Part shown: one piece after another, positions 47,989-55,735 of the stretch | How the letters are laid out: each line of letters begins with the position of its first letter | Position numbering within the stretch: the stretch's first letter is position 1 | Origin: Salinivirgaceae bacterium | GTDB lineage: Bacteria; Bacteroidota; Bacteroidia; Bacteroidales; SZUA-534 | Assembly (NCBI GenBank): GCA_016284875.1 | Contig: JAEEPS010000003.1 | Location: 21,579-85,578 of the forward strand | Length of the DNA stretch: 64,000 bases | Direction of reading: 5' to 3' | The notes under the pieces: model-generated | Told to the model about the DNA's origin: nothing | The model's input: the letters and a program-made list of their open reading frames with translations, nothing else | Database searches by the model: none | Made by a program: the position numbers and the translations under genes

Positions 47989-48609
47989 ATGAAAAAGTCA
48001 AGATTCGTAGATGTAATCGTGGACTTAAACAAAATAAAATTTGACCCTTCAAAATCCAACATGTCAGTAGAAGAACTAAAAAAAAGGGTGACACTTCATA
48101 TAATAAAAAGCCTTTACGAAGAAGCGTTAAAGCAAGGCAAAACAAGTAAATGCAGCCTTAAAAAACGAGCCCAACCATACGTGGATTTCGATATTATCAT
48201 AGACAAAGACGAGAAAAGCGGCTGGTATATGGGCCAGTGCTACCATTTACCCGAGGCCATGAGTCAGGGCAGAACCATTGATGAGTTGTATGACAATATT
48301 GAAGAAGCCATACAACTTGTGATTGAAAGCAATCGCGAAAAGGTTGATGCTGACAGCGGTCCAGATTGCAAGATTCACAAAACACCACACGGATACACCG
48401 TTGCTGTGAGGAAAGACGAAAAAAACGGACGTTACGCTGGGCAATGCCGCGAAATACCCGAAGCCACAGGCCTAGGCAAAACCATTAAAGGGTTGTTAGA
48501 TAATATAGACTGTGCTGTCGGAGATGTTTATGTAAGCAATCGGGAGAAAGTTGACGCCAACTACAAAGGCAGAAAAACAACATGGGATATCGTATTGGTA
48601 CAATGTTGA
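47989..48609 (+). CDS. Protein with two tandem HicB-like (UPF0150) domains
   Basis: Internal repeat KDEK(S/N)G(W/R)Y(M/A)GQC..(L/I)PEA..G(R/K)TI..L.DNI..A......SNREKVDA, at aa ~64-121 and ~134-190. No DNA-binding tail, and no hicA nearby. Confidence 0.5.
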   Translation: MKKSRFVDVIVDLNKIKFDPSKSNMSVEELKKRVTLHIIKSLYEEALKQGKTSKCSLKKRAQPYVDFDIIIDKDEKSGWYMGQCYHLPEAMSQGRTIDELYDNIEEAIQLVIESNREKVDADSGPDCKIHKTPHGYTVAVRKDEKNGRYAGQCREIPEATGLGKTIKGLLDNIDCAVGDVYVSNREKVDANYKGRKTTWDIVLVQC

Positions 48610-48688
48610 ATTAGAAAATGAATCAGAATGCGTTAATGACCAACTGCTTAGGTGTGCATTGCCTTTCTGATTAAGTCCATTAGTTGAC

Positions 48689-48733
48689 GTTGCGCCTGCG
48701 ACCACACCAAACCACTCACTAATGGGCGATTTT
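48689..48733 (+). repeat. Conserved 45-bp element, copy 1 (ends in ATGGGCGATTTT)
   Basis: GTTGCGCCTGCGACCACACCAAACCACTCACTAATGGGCGATTTT; 39/45 identical to 49401-49445. Confidence 0.6.
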
Positions 48734-49318
48734 TTAGTAACTATAATAAAAAAACATATGGCATATTTTAGTAAAGAAATTTATGAAAGAAAGGCGAATC
48801 ATGCTTACACAATATCAATGGAAGGCATACGAGCCATAGCACAATATTTTGTCAAAAAAGATGGTTACTCGGAAGATGACGAAGAGTATGAAGATATGAT
48901 TGATAATTATGCTGAAATTTTCGAGCCTGTTGCTAGGCTGTCGCATCTGCGGCATGAAATACATTCTAATACTCAATACCGTTTATTGGAATTTTGGGAT
49001 TCATCGTTTGATAGATTGATAGATGAAGTTAATGAACTGAATCGAAAATACGATTTAGCACCAGTAGCTGTAGAAACAATGGAATGCGACTCGTTTGTCG
49101 ATTTAATTATGGGAAATGAAATAGTTTTGGAATCATTAGGCATTGAAAAAGAACAATGGGATAAATATCTTGATGAAAATGGTGATTGGAAAGATGATAA
49201 TGAAATTGGTGATATGATTGATAGAAAGATGGATGAAAATATAGATAAATGGTCAGAATCGATCAGAAATTGGTTTGGATATATCAATGAAAAATTTGGT
49301 TCGGATTTTCCACATTGA
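48722..49318 (+). CDS. Strongly acidic hypothetical protein
   Basis: ORF; an alternative start is the ATG at 48758 (MAYFSKE). It has D/E-rich runs (YSEDDEEYEDMIDNY, DENGDWKDDNEIGDMIDRKMDENID). Confidence 0.4.
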   Translation: MGDFLVTIIKKHMAYFSKEIYERKANHAYTISMEGIRAIAQYFVKKDGYSEDDEEYEDMIDNYAEIFEPVARLSHLRHEIHSNTQYRLLEFWDSSFDRLIDEVNELNRKYDLAPVAVETMECDSFVDLIMGNEIVLESLGIEKEQWDKYLDENGDWKDDNEIGDMIDRKMDENIDKWSESIRNWFGYINEKFGSDFPH

Positions 49319-49400
49319 AAAACAATGATTTTGCGATGAAACGCGACGGAGTATTTCTTCGGACACGCCTGAAATAGAAATCAATGCAAAATGTGTACTT

Positions 49401-49445
49401 GTTGCGCCTGCAACAGCCCCCAACCACTCACCAATGGGCGATTTT
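49401..49445 (+). repeat. Conserved 45-bp element, copy 2
   Basis: GTTGCGCCTGCAACAGCCCCCAACCACTCACCAATGGGCGATTTT, 47 nt upstream of the start at 49492. Confidence 0.6.
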
Positions 49446-49491
49446 ATAAAATATAGTTCAATACAGAATAACAAACCTAAAACACAGAATC

Positions 49492-50031
49492 ATGACACCA
49501 CAATTATTTACCAAAATCTTCTGGAAACAGTATCTTTTGCTTGAAAAAGATTTTCTTGAAACGGAAGAATATGTTGCTATTGACAAAAGCAACTACAAGA
49601 CATTTTCCCATCGCTACATTTATTTGTTTTTGAATATTTGCAGCGAGGTCGATTCTGTTGCCGAGGAATACTGCAAGATTGTCAAAACTTCGCCCAAAGC
49701 AAAGAACATATTACAAAAGATGGCCATAATTGTTGACAATGAACCTTCGATTAAGAACCAGAAAGTATCCACAAGATACCCCTATGAAAAAATCAATTTG
49801 GTTCCGTTTGCTGGGTTCGACAGCGAGTCTGCCGCTGGGTGGTGGCATGAATACAATCTTGTCAAGCATTTCAGGGCAGACGTACCAGAGAACAGCATTC
49901 CTAACCATCAGCGTGCAAACCTGAAAAATGTGATGCTTGCTCTCTCGGCGCTATACATACTCTGCCATAATTATTACAAACTACTTGGCGAATCTGATAC
50001 CGCACTTGAGCAGTCCCAGTTGTTCGAGTGA
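49492..50031 (+). CDS. Hypothetical protein (possible HEPN/Abi-like helical protein)
   Basis: 179 aa. WWHEYNLVKHFRA loosely resembles the (R/N)-x4-H region of Abi-C/HEPN-type proteins, but the Arg is not conserved. Confidence 0.3.
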   Translation: MTPQLFTKIFWKQYLLLEKDFLETEEYVAIDKSNYKTFSHRYIYLFLNICSEVDSVAEEYCKIVKTSPKAKNILQKMAIIVDNEPSIKNQKVSTRYPYEKINLVPFAGFDSESAAGWWHEYNLVKHFRADVPENSIPNHQRANLKNVMLALSALYILCHNYYKLLGESDTALEQSQLFE

Positions 50032-50509
50032 TTTATGAGCATTGCCTAATTGGCACCAGCCAATAGTTGACAAGCAACATCAAAAATGAAAAATCGCTGT
50101 TATTACAAAAAGTATCTGATTCAAAACAACATGGACAAGCAATTCAAAAACGAAGAAGAGAAAATAATCTACAACATCTGGCATCAATTGACTGACGGCT
50201 TCGACCCGTCAAGGTTTATTGAGGTGTGACTATAGTTGAGTTCGCTCTATTCATATTTCATAAAACAGCAACCGACGGAACGGAAAGTTGCTTTACTCAT
50301 GAGTCTGTCATGTGCTTATGCGGTTGCCTTGTCCGCAAGTTTTCCTAATAGGAAAACCCACCTTGCTAAATAAACATTATTGACAAGTATAAATGATAAT
50401 TATCAAATACAATGTTTGTTTTGCTGACGCAAAAAAGTATTTTTAGAAAAATAACTATCGAAAAAAAATGTCTTTCAAATAATCCACACAAAAAAACGGT
50501 TTTACACTC

Positions 50510-50538
50510 AAAAAGCGTGTGTAAAACCGTGTGTAATT
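50510..50538 (+). repeat. Arm-type repeat (right end), 29 bp inside attR
   Basis: AAAAAGCGTGTGTAAAACCGTGTGTAATT. In addition, ACGGTTTTACAC (50496-50507) is an inverted copy of GTGTAAAACCGT (50519-50530). Confidence 0.6.
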
Positions 50539-50566
50539 GTTGTAATCTATTGATTATCAACTCTCA

Positions 50567-50581
50567 TTGCGGAGAGAGAGG
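50567..50581. repeat. attR core overlapping the tRNA-Ser 3' end
   Basis: TTGCGGAGAGAGAGG, identical to 12332-12346. Confidence 0.8.
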
Positions 50582-50654
50582 GATTCGAACCCCCGGTAGT
50601 GTTACCTACGTCGGTTTTCAAGACCGGTGCATTAAACCGCTCTGCCATCTCTCC
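50570..50654 (-). tRNA. tRNA-Ser (anticodon UGA), class II with long variable arm
   Basis: The minus strand reads GGAGAGA-UG-GCA..UGC-A-CCGGU-CUUGAAA-ACCGA-CGUAGGUAACACUACCG-GGGGG-UUCGAAU-CCCUC-UCUCUCC-G. Acceptor, D, anticodon, variable and T arms all pair. CCA is not encoded. Confidence 0.9.
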
Positions 50655-50877
50655 AAGGCGCGACAAAATTAGAAAAAAGTTCATTTCGCACAACATCAGC
50701 CGGCAAAAAATGGCACATCTTTATATCGCTGATTTTCAAGGGCCAACGCAAAAGTTACAATATAACAATCATATTAACCGCATATTAAAGATGGCATTTA
50801 CGATATCACAAACCTACTTATTACAATTATTTATGGAGGGATAAAAGATAGAATTGTGTTGATTATTCAGCACCAAA

Positions 50878-52494
50878 CTATTTTTTCGATTGTTTTCGCA
50901 TTTTTTTTGTGTCGCCTGTCGGTATGGGCATTGCAGAACGTCGGTTAACTTCAGCCGCATCTATATTTGGCCAAGTAAAAATGTCGGCGGGCGATTTTGG
51001 CTGAATGTTCTCCAACCACACAAAACCACCTAGACGCATATCGGATTCAGAAACATTCTCAATTGGGAAAATGTCGGAATGCGGTTGCGAACGATAGACA
51101 AGACGCTTTATTGCCTTGTTTTTCAAGTAGATAGTCAAATCAGTACTCTCACCTTTGTTCACACCAACAATCTGATTGTCGTCGACTGGGAAGTAGAGTG
51201 TCTGCGCACGCTTGAAGACATCGACTTTGTAAAGGTCGTTATTGCGCAGATAGCCAGTCATTTGTGCACCTTTTATCTGATTGTAGTGAATGCTGTCGTG
51301 CGGAGCAATAATCATTCCGGTTTTATAGAGCATGAATTTCTCTAACAGATTGTCTTTCACATAGGCCTCCATGTATTCGGTGGTAATCTGGTTACCTTGA
51401 ACCCAGAAAATCGGATTGCCGTAGAAGCGTGCAATACTATCGGCCATTGAGAAGAAAATGGAATCGGTCTGGAGTTGAAGGTCCGATTTGTAGGCGCGAA
51501 CATGCCAGTAGGCGCTGAAGGTGCGGAACTGACCCGATGTGTCGCGGCAGGCTTTGAGCGTATCGGCATGCAGGTAGAGCGAATCGCCCATTGCCACATA
51601 AATCATCTGCGCACTATCGGTAACTATCAGCAATTCAGGATCTTTATGTATCTCCACATAATTGCCTTTCACCACCAATTGCTGCACCGTATCAATAGCC
51701 ACCACGTTTGAATAGGCCGTACCGCTCTCATTCAGACGGTCGAACGACATGCTGTCGCAAGTAACTGTCTGATTGGGATTTCGGAACAAAGCGTCATACT
51801 TGAACATCGAAAGTTCGGTCTCCGTGTTGTACCAACCGTAGCGGGCATACATGTAGTTTGTGTCGTTGTAGAACTCTGTTGGACCGAAAAAGTCGATGAT
51901 TTTTGTGTCAAGGCCATATCTGATTGTATCGGTAAACATCTGGTATTCAGACGAATTGTGGTCTATCACCACATCTTTCCGAAAATAAACCTCGCGCTGA
52001 TGATGATAATAGTAGCCCTTGAGACTTGTGAGCACTGTCAGACTGTCGACTATGCGGCCATTGTGCTCATAGAAACCGATGTCGGACTGCAAGTCGTAAT
52101 CGAGAGAATCGGTGGTGAGCACAATCTGGCTGTCGCGAAGCACCACATTGTTGCGGAAATGAGCAATCTTCTGGTCACCGTCGTGCCGCAGAAAATCAGC
52201 ACGGACATCAATATTCTTGTTGTTAAGTTTGTATAGATGAACATGTCCGAAAGCATCGAACATATTACGGTCGGAATAGAAGTGGGCGCTATCGCACTCC
52301 ATAATGGAACTGTCCTGCTTGAATCTGACATTGCCAATCAGCCGTCGCGCACCATTGTATAAGTTTACGTCGGAACGGATTGTGTTGGCACGAATCAATT
52401 CCACTTTGGTCTTTTTCTGCGCAAACGACTGATTTGCAGCCAATAGCGCAAACAAAAGCACACAAAAACCAATCAGCGACCGATGTGTCAGCAT
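50878..52494 (-). CDS. OstA-like (LptD/LptA-fold) outer-membrane-associated protein
   Basis: Signal peptide (LLFALLAANQSFAQ) and repeated OstA-like beta-jellyroll segments. Gene context is MoxR and SurA-type genes, as in Bacteroides. Confidence 0.5.
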   Translation of the reverse strand: MLTHRSLIGFCVLLFALLAANQSFAQKKTKVELIRANTIRSDVNLYNGARRLIGNVRFKQDSSIMECDSAHFYSDRNMFDAFGHVHLYKLNNKNIDVRADFLRHDGDQKIAHFRNNVVLRDSQIVLTTDSLDYDLQSDIGFYEHNGRIVDSLTVLTSLKGYYYHHQREVYFRKDVVIDHNSSEYQMFTDTIRYGLDTKIIDFFGPTEFYNDTNYMYARYGWYNTETELSMFKYDALFRNPNQTVTCDSMSFDRLNESGTAYSNVVAIDTVQQLVVKGNYVEIHKDPELLIVTDSAQMIYVAMGDSLYLHADTLKACRDTSGQFRTFSAYWHVRAYKSDLQLQTDSIFFSMADSIARFYGNPIFWVQGNQITTEYMEAYVKDNLLEKFMLYKTGMIIAPHDSIHYNQIKGAQMTGYLRNNDLYKVDVFKRAQTLYFPVDDNQIVGVNKGESTDLTIYLKNKAIKRLVYRSQPHSDIFPIENVSESDMRLGGFVWLENIQPKSPADIFTWPNIDAAEVNRRSAMPIPTGDTKKMRKQSKK

Positions 52495-52495
52495 A

Positions 52496-53473
52496 TCAGA
52501 ACTTTACGTTGTTCAGGATTTCAGAAATGATGATGTCGTCGGTCACATTTTCGGCTTCGGCCTTATAGTTGCGCACAATGCGGTGGCGCAAAACTGATGG
52601 CGCCACAGCCTTAACATCCTCAACATCAGGCGAATACTTGCCCGAAACGGCAGCGTGGGCTTTCGCACCAAGAATCAGATATTGCGAAGCGCGTGGACCT
52701 GCGCCCCATACCAGATATTTGCTTGCCAGAACCGATGCCGACGGAGTGTTGGGGCGAGTCTGTGCCGCCACATTCACTGCGTAACGAACCACATTCTCGT
52801 TGACCGGAATGCGACGGACAAGTTGTTGGAAATCAATCAAGTCGTTGGCCGAAATCACAGTTTCGGCTTTGACCGTGGCTGATGATGTGGTGGATGTCAC
52901 AATGCTTATCTCATCGTCAATTGACGGGTAGTCGAGATTCACCATAAACATAAAGCGGTCGAGTTGCGCCTCGGGCAGCGGATAGGTTCCCTCCTGCTCT
53001 ATCGGGTTTTGAGTTGCAAGCACAAAGAACGGCTCGGGCAGTTTATTGCGTGTGCCCGAGACTGTTACGCTTCGCTCCTGCATGGCCTCAAGCAACGCCG
53101 ACTGCGTTTTTGGCGGTGTGCGGTTAATCTCGTCGGCCAGAATGATGTTGGCAAAAACGGGACCTTTTATGAATTTGAATTCGCGTTTCTCGTTCAGAAT
53201 TTCAGAGCCGGTGATGTCGGACGGCATCAGGTCTGGTGTGAACTGAATGCGGCTGTACTGCAAGCCCAAGGCATCGGCTATAGTGTTCACCAGCAAAGTT
53301 TTAGCCAATCCCGGCACACCCACCAGCAGACAGTGTCCGCCGCTGAAAACCGACAGCAGCACCGACCGCACCACATCGTCCTGACCAATAATCACTTTCG
53401 CAATTTCGGCGGTTATCTTGTCGAAATTCATCTTCAAGGCATCAACAGCCTTCACATCGTTCTCGTAAATCAT
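52496..53473 (-). CDS. MoxR-family AAA+ ATPase
   Basis: GHCLLVGVPGLAKT (Walker A), ILADEINR (Walker B), and typical MoxR length and C-terminus. Confidence 0.85.
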   Translation of the reverse strand: MIYENDVKAVDALKMNFDKITAEIAKVIIGQDDVVRSVLLSVFSGGHCLLVGVPGLAKTLLVNTIADALGLQYSRIQFTPDLMPSDITGSEILNEKREFKFIKGPVFANIILADEINRTPPKTQSALLEAMQERSVTVSGTRNKLPEPFFVLATQNPIEQEGTYPLPEAQLDRFMFMVNLDYPSIDDEISIVTSTTSSATVKAETVISANDLIDFQQLVRRIPVNENVVRYAVNVAAQTRPNTPSASVLASKYLVWGAGPRASQYLILGAKAHAAVSGKYSPDVEDVKAVAPSVLRHRIVRNYKAEAENVTDDIIISEILNNVKF

Positions 53474-54855
53474 TGCGCGTCAGTTTTTAACCATTCCTTG
53501 TTGTGGAACTTGCATTTTTTGAAATCGTCGTCAATCTTAATGTAGGTGGCTTCGATGGTTTTTGCCAGCCAATCCTCCAAGACGTCGCCCTTTTTCCTCT
53601 CAATTGCCAGATTCTGAATGCGTTGGTAATCTTGCGACAGATTGGCCTTGTGCGGTTTTGTTTTCGACCTCAGCAATACAATCTTGCACACGGTGCGTTC
53701 TTGTTCATCCTTAGTTTCAAAAGGTTGCGACACATCGCCAACCTCAAGGTTGCGGATGGCTGTGGCCACTTTCGGGTCGAGTTGTTCGGCCTCAAATAGC
53801 GATGTGCCTGTGTAGGGGTTAATCATCACGCCGCCATTGAGCCTGGTGTCCTCGTCATCAGAGAACATCCAGCAGGCTTCTTTGAATGTAACTTCTTTAT
53901 CCACAATCTTCTGACGGATCGTATCTAATCGCATCATGGCGTTTTTCTTTTCGGTTGCCGATATCTGCGGTTTGAGCAGGATGTGGCGGCAATTCATGCG
54001 CTCGCCGCGTTTCTCGATGAGTTGGATGATATGGTAGCCGAATTCGGTTTTCACAACCTTCGAAACCTCGTTCGGGACAAGGTTAAATGCCACGGCCGAA
54101 AACTCCGGTACAAGTTCGTCGCGGGTCATGAAGCCCAGTTCGCCGCCCTTCATTGCAGATCCTGGGTCCTCGGAGTAGAGCACAGCCAAAGTTGCGAAAC
54201 TCTCGCCTTTGGCCACACGTTCTTTAAACTCACGCAGACGGTCCTTAATTCGCAGAATCTCAGTTTCTTCAATCTTTGGGAACACCGACAGTTGCTCAAT
54301 CTCAAACTCAGTGTTGATAATGGGCAAACTGTCTTTTGGCAGTGCCTTGAAGCAGTCGCGCACCTCTTGCGGTGTCACAGTCACTTCGCGCGTCACTTCG
54401 TCTTCCATGGTTTGCGCCGTAAGTTGCTCTTTTACAATATCAAGCAAATCTTCGCGGATGTCGGCTATCGGCTTTTTGTAGTATTCCTCAAGTTTTTCCT
54501 CGCCGCCAATTTGCGACACGTAGTAGTTCATTCGGCGGTCGGTTTCAGCGTTCACCTGCGCCTCGCTCACCTCCACAGTATCATTTATTGCCTGATTGAC
54601 AAGCAATTTCTGATACATTCCTTGTTCAAGAATCTGACATTCGATGTCGTCGTCCATCATATAACTTTGGGCGCGCATCTGCATTTTCTGGTTCTGTATG
54701 TCGCTGTACATCACAATTTGGCGCCCAATGATAGCGACAATCTTATCAATCACCATGCCGCCTTCTTCCTGTGCTGCTGACGAACCGACAAGCAGCATTA
54801 ACGATGCCGACAAGCAGACGGCTTTTTTAATGGTTGGTCTTATATCAATTAACAT
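53470..54855 (-). CDS. SurA-like peptidyl-prolyl isomerase (parvulin type)
   Basis: Signal peptide, a SurA N-terminal chaperone region, and a parvulin domain with GGELGFMTRDELVPEF and FGYHIIQLIEKR. Confidence 0.8.
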   Translation of the reverse strand: MLIDIRPTIKKAVCLSASLMLLVGSSAAQEEGGMVIDKIVAIIGRQIVMYSDIQNQKMQMRAQSYMMDDDIECQILEQGMYQKLLVNQAINDTVEVSEAQVNAETDRRMNYYVSQIGGEEKLEEYYKKPIADIREDLLDIVKEQLTAQTMEDEVTREVTVTPQEVRDCFKALPKDSLPIINTEFEIEQLSVFPKIEETEILRIKDRLREFKERVAKGESFATLAVLYSEDPGSAMKGGELGFMTRDELVPEFSAVAFNLVPNEVSKVVKTEFGYHIIQLIEKRGERMNCRHILLKPQISATEKKNAMMRLDTIRQKIVDKEVTFKEACWMFSDDEDTRLNGGVMINPYTGTSLFEAEQLDPKVATAIRNLEVGDVSQPFETKDEQERTVCKIVLLRSKTKPHKANLSQDYQRIQNLAIERKKGDVLEDWLAKTIEATYIKIDDDFKKCKFHNKEWLKTDAQ

Positions 54856-55735
54856 AGTTCGTGAATCTCTGTTTGTTTACTGCATCAACGTATATTTTTA
54901 TCTCAAGATTGCGAATAAGGTCGTTTTTTCGGTGATTGAGCAGAATCTCGCGGATTTTTTCTTTTGCAAACACCAAAGGAGCCTGCTCATTGACATCGCG
55001 GAACTCCTTCACCATGAAATAATAGTTGTATAGCGAATCTCGCCCCTCAACAAAACGTCCGTTCTTGGCAACAGCCTTCGGGTCGGTAATAGAGCCCTTA
55101 GGCATCTTACTGACTGCATCAGAAAGGTAGCACCAGTTGGCACCCATATCGAATTCGTGGGCTTCTTTGTCACAAAATTCCTCAAGTTTGGGCATATCGT
55201 CGGGGCGGTTGTTGCGCACCAGACTGCGGATTTTGTTTGCATTGGCCGATGTGTTGGGTATCTGCACAAAGACAACTTTTACCGCACAACTGTCGAGCAG
55301 AAAATTGTTTCCGTATTTCCCATAATGATCGGCTATCTGCGAATCAAGTATCAGTGTATCAAGATTTTGTTCAATGTAAAGTTGTTGGTACTTATAGACC
55401 AGCAGAGCCGTACGATAGTCGTTCACCATGTTCTCGACGCTCGCGTAACCATCAGCATCAATATTTGTGATGGCTTTCTCAAGCATAAGGCGATTATGTA
55501 TCCACTTGTCAACGTAGTTTTGCACAAATTGCACACTATCAGCCCCTTTCAGATTGCCAGGCATAAGTTTGCTCACTTGTTGCAACGTCAGTTCTGCGCT
55601 GCTGGTTTTGGCCAGAATCATGTCATCGGTCGCGTTTTTCGCCCAAAATTGGCAACTTACCACCAATGACAATGCCGACACTGCAATCAAGCCAATGCTC
55701 AGCACCAATCTGCGTGAGTCCTTGTTTCCAATCAT
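54845..55735 (-). CDS. Hypothetical lipoprotein/periplasmic chaperone-like protein in the PPIase cluster
   Basis: N-terminal signal/lipobox-like sequence (SLVVSC). Overlaps both flanking PPIase genes. Confidence 0.4.
   Translation of the reverse strand: MIGNKDSRRLVLSIGLIAVSALSLVVSCQFWAKNATDDMILAKTSSAELTLQQVSKLMPGNLKGADSVQFVQNYVDKWIHNRLMLEKAITNIDADGYASVENMVNDYRTALLVYKYQQLYIEQNLDTLILDSQIADHYGKYGNNFLLDSCAVKVVFVQIPNTSANANKIRSLVRNNRPDDMPKLEEFCDKEAHEFDMGANWCYLSDAVSKMPKGSITDPKAVAKNGRFVEGRDSLYNYYFMVKEFRDVNEQAPLVFAKEKIREILLNHRKNDLIRNLEIKIYVDAVNKQRFTNYVN

Larger units (their letters stand above)
12332..50581. mobile_element. ~38 kb NBU2-like integrative mobilizable element in the tRNA-Ser 3' end
   Basis: A 15-bp direct repeat marks both ends. 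Inside are a tyrosine integrase, an HTH/excisionase-like gene, MobC and a relaxase. The cargo is defence/TA genes. The sequence is visibly more AT-rich than the flanking core genes. Confidence 0.8.

Noticed and set aside
42894-50031. Integron-like reading: a tyrosine recombinase divergent from an array of promoterless cassettes
   Set aside because: The layout is superficially integron-like. However, the intergenic regions lack attC-type imperfect palindromes with RYYYAAC/GTTRRRY cores. The recombinase is much longer than IntI and lacks any feature I could tie to integron integrases. Only two of the six gaps share a repeat.
50086-50229. 47-codon ORF (MKNRCYYKKYLIQNN...) near the right end of the element
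   Set aside because: Too short, with no motif or upstream promoter box that I could identify. Left unannotated.
50412-50672. 86-aa ORF overlapping the tRNA
   Set aside because: It runs straight through the tRNA-Ser gene and the att/arm repeats, so it is not coding.
52964-55669. Plus-strand ORFs of 98-265 aa (for example 53983-54780 and 55157-55669)
   Set aside because: Antisense to the MoxR and SurA/PPIase genes, which have clear family motifs and signal peptides.
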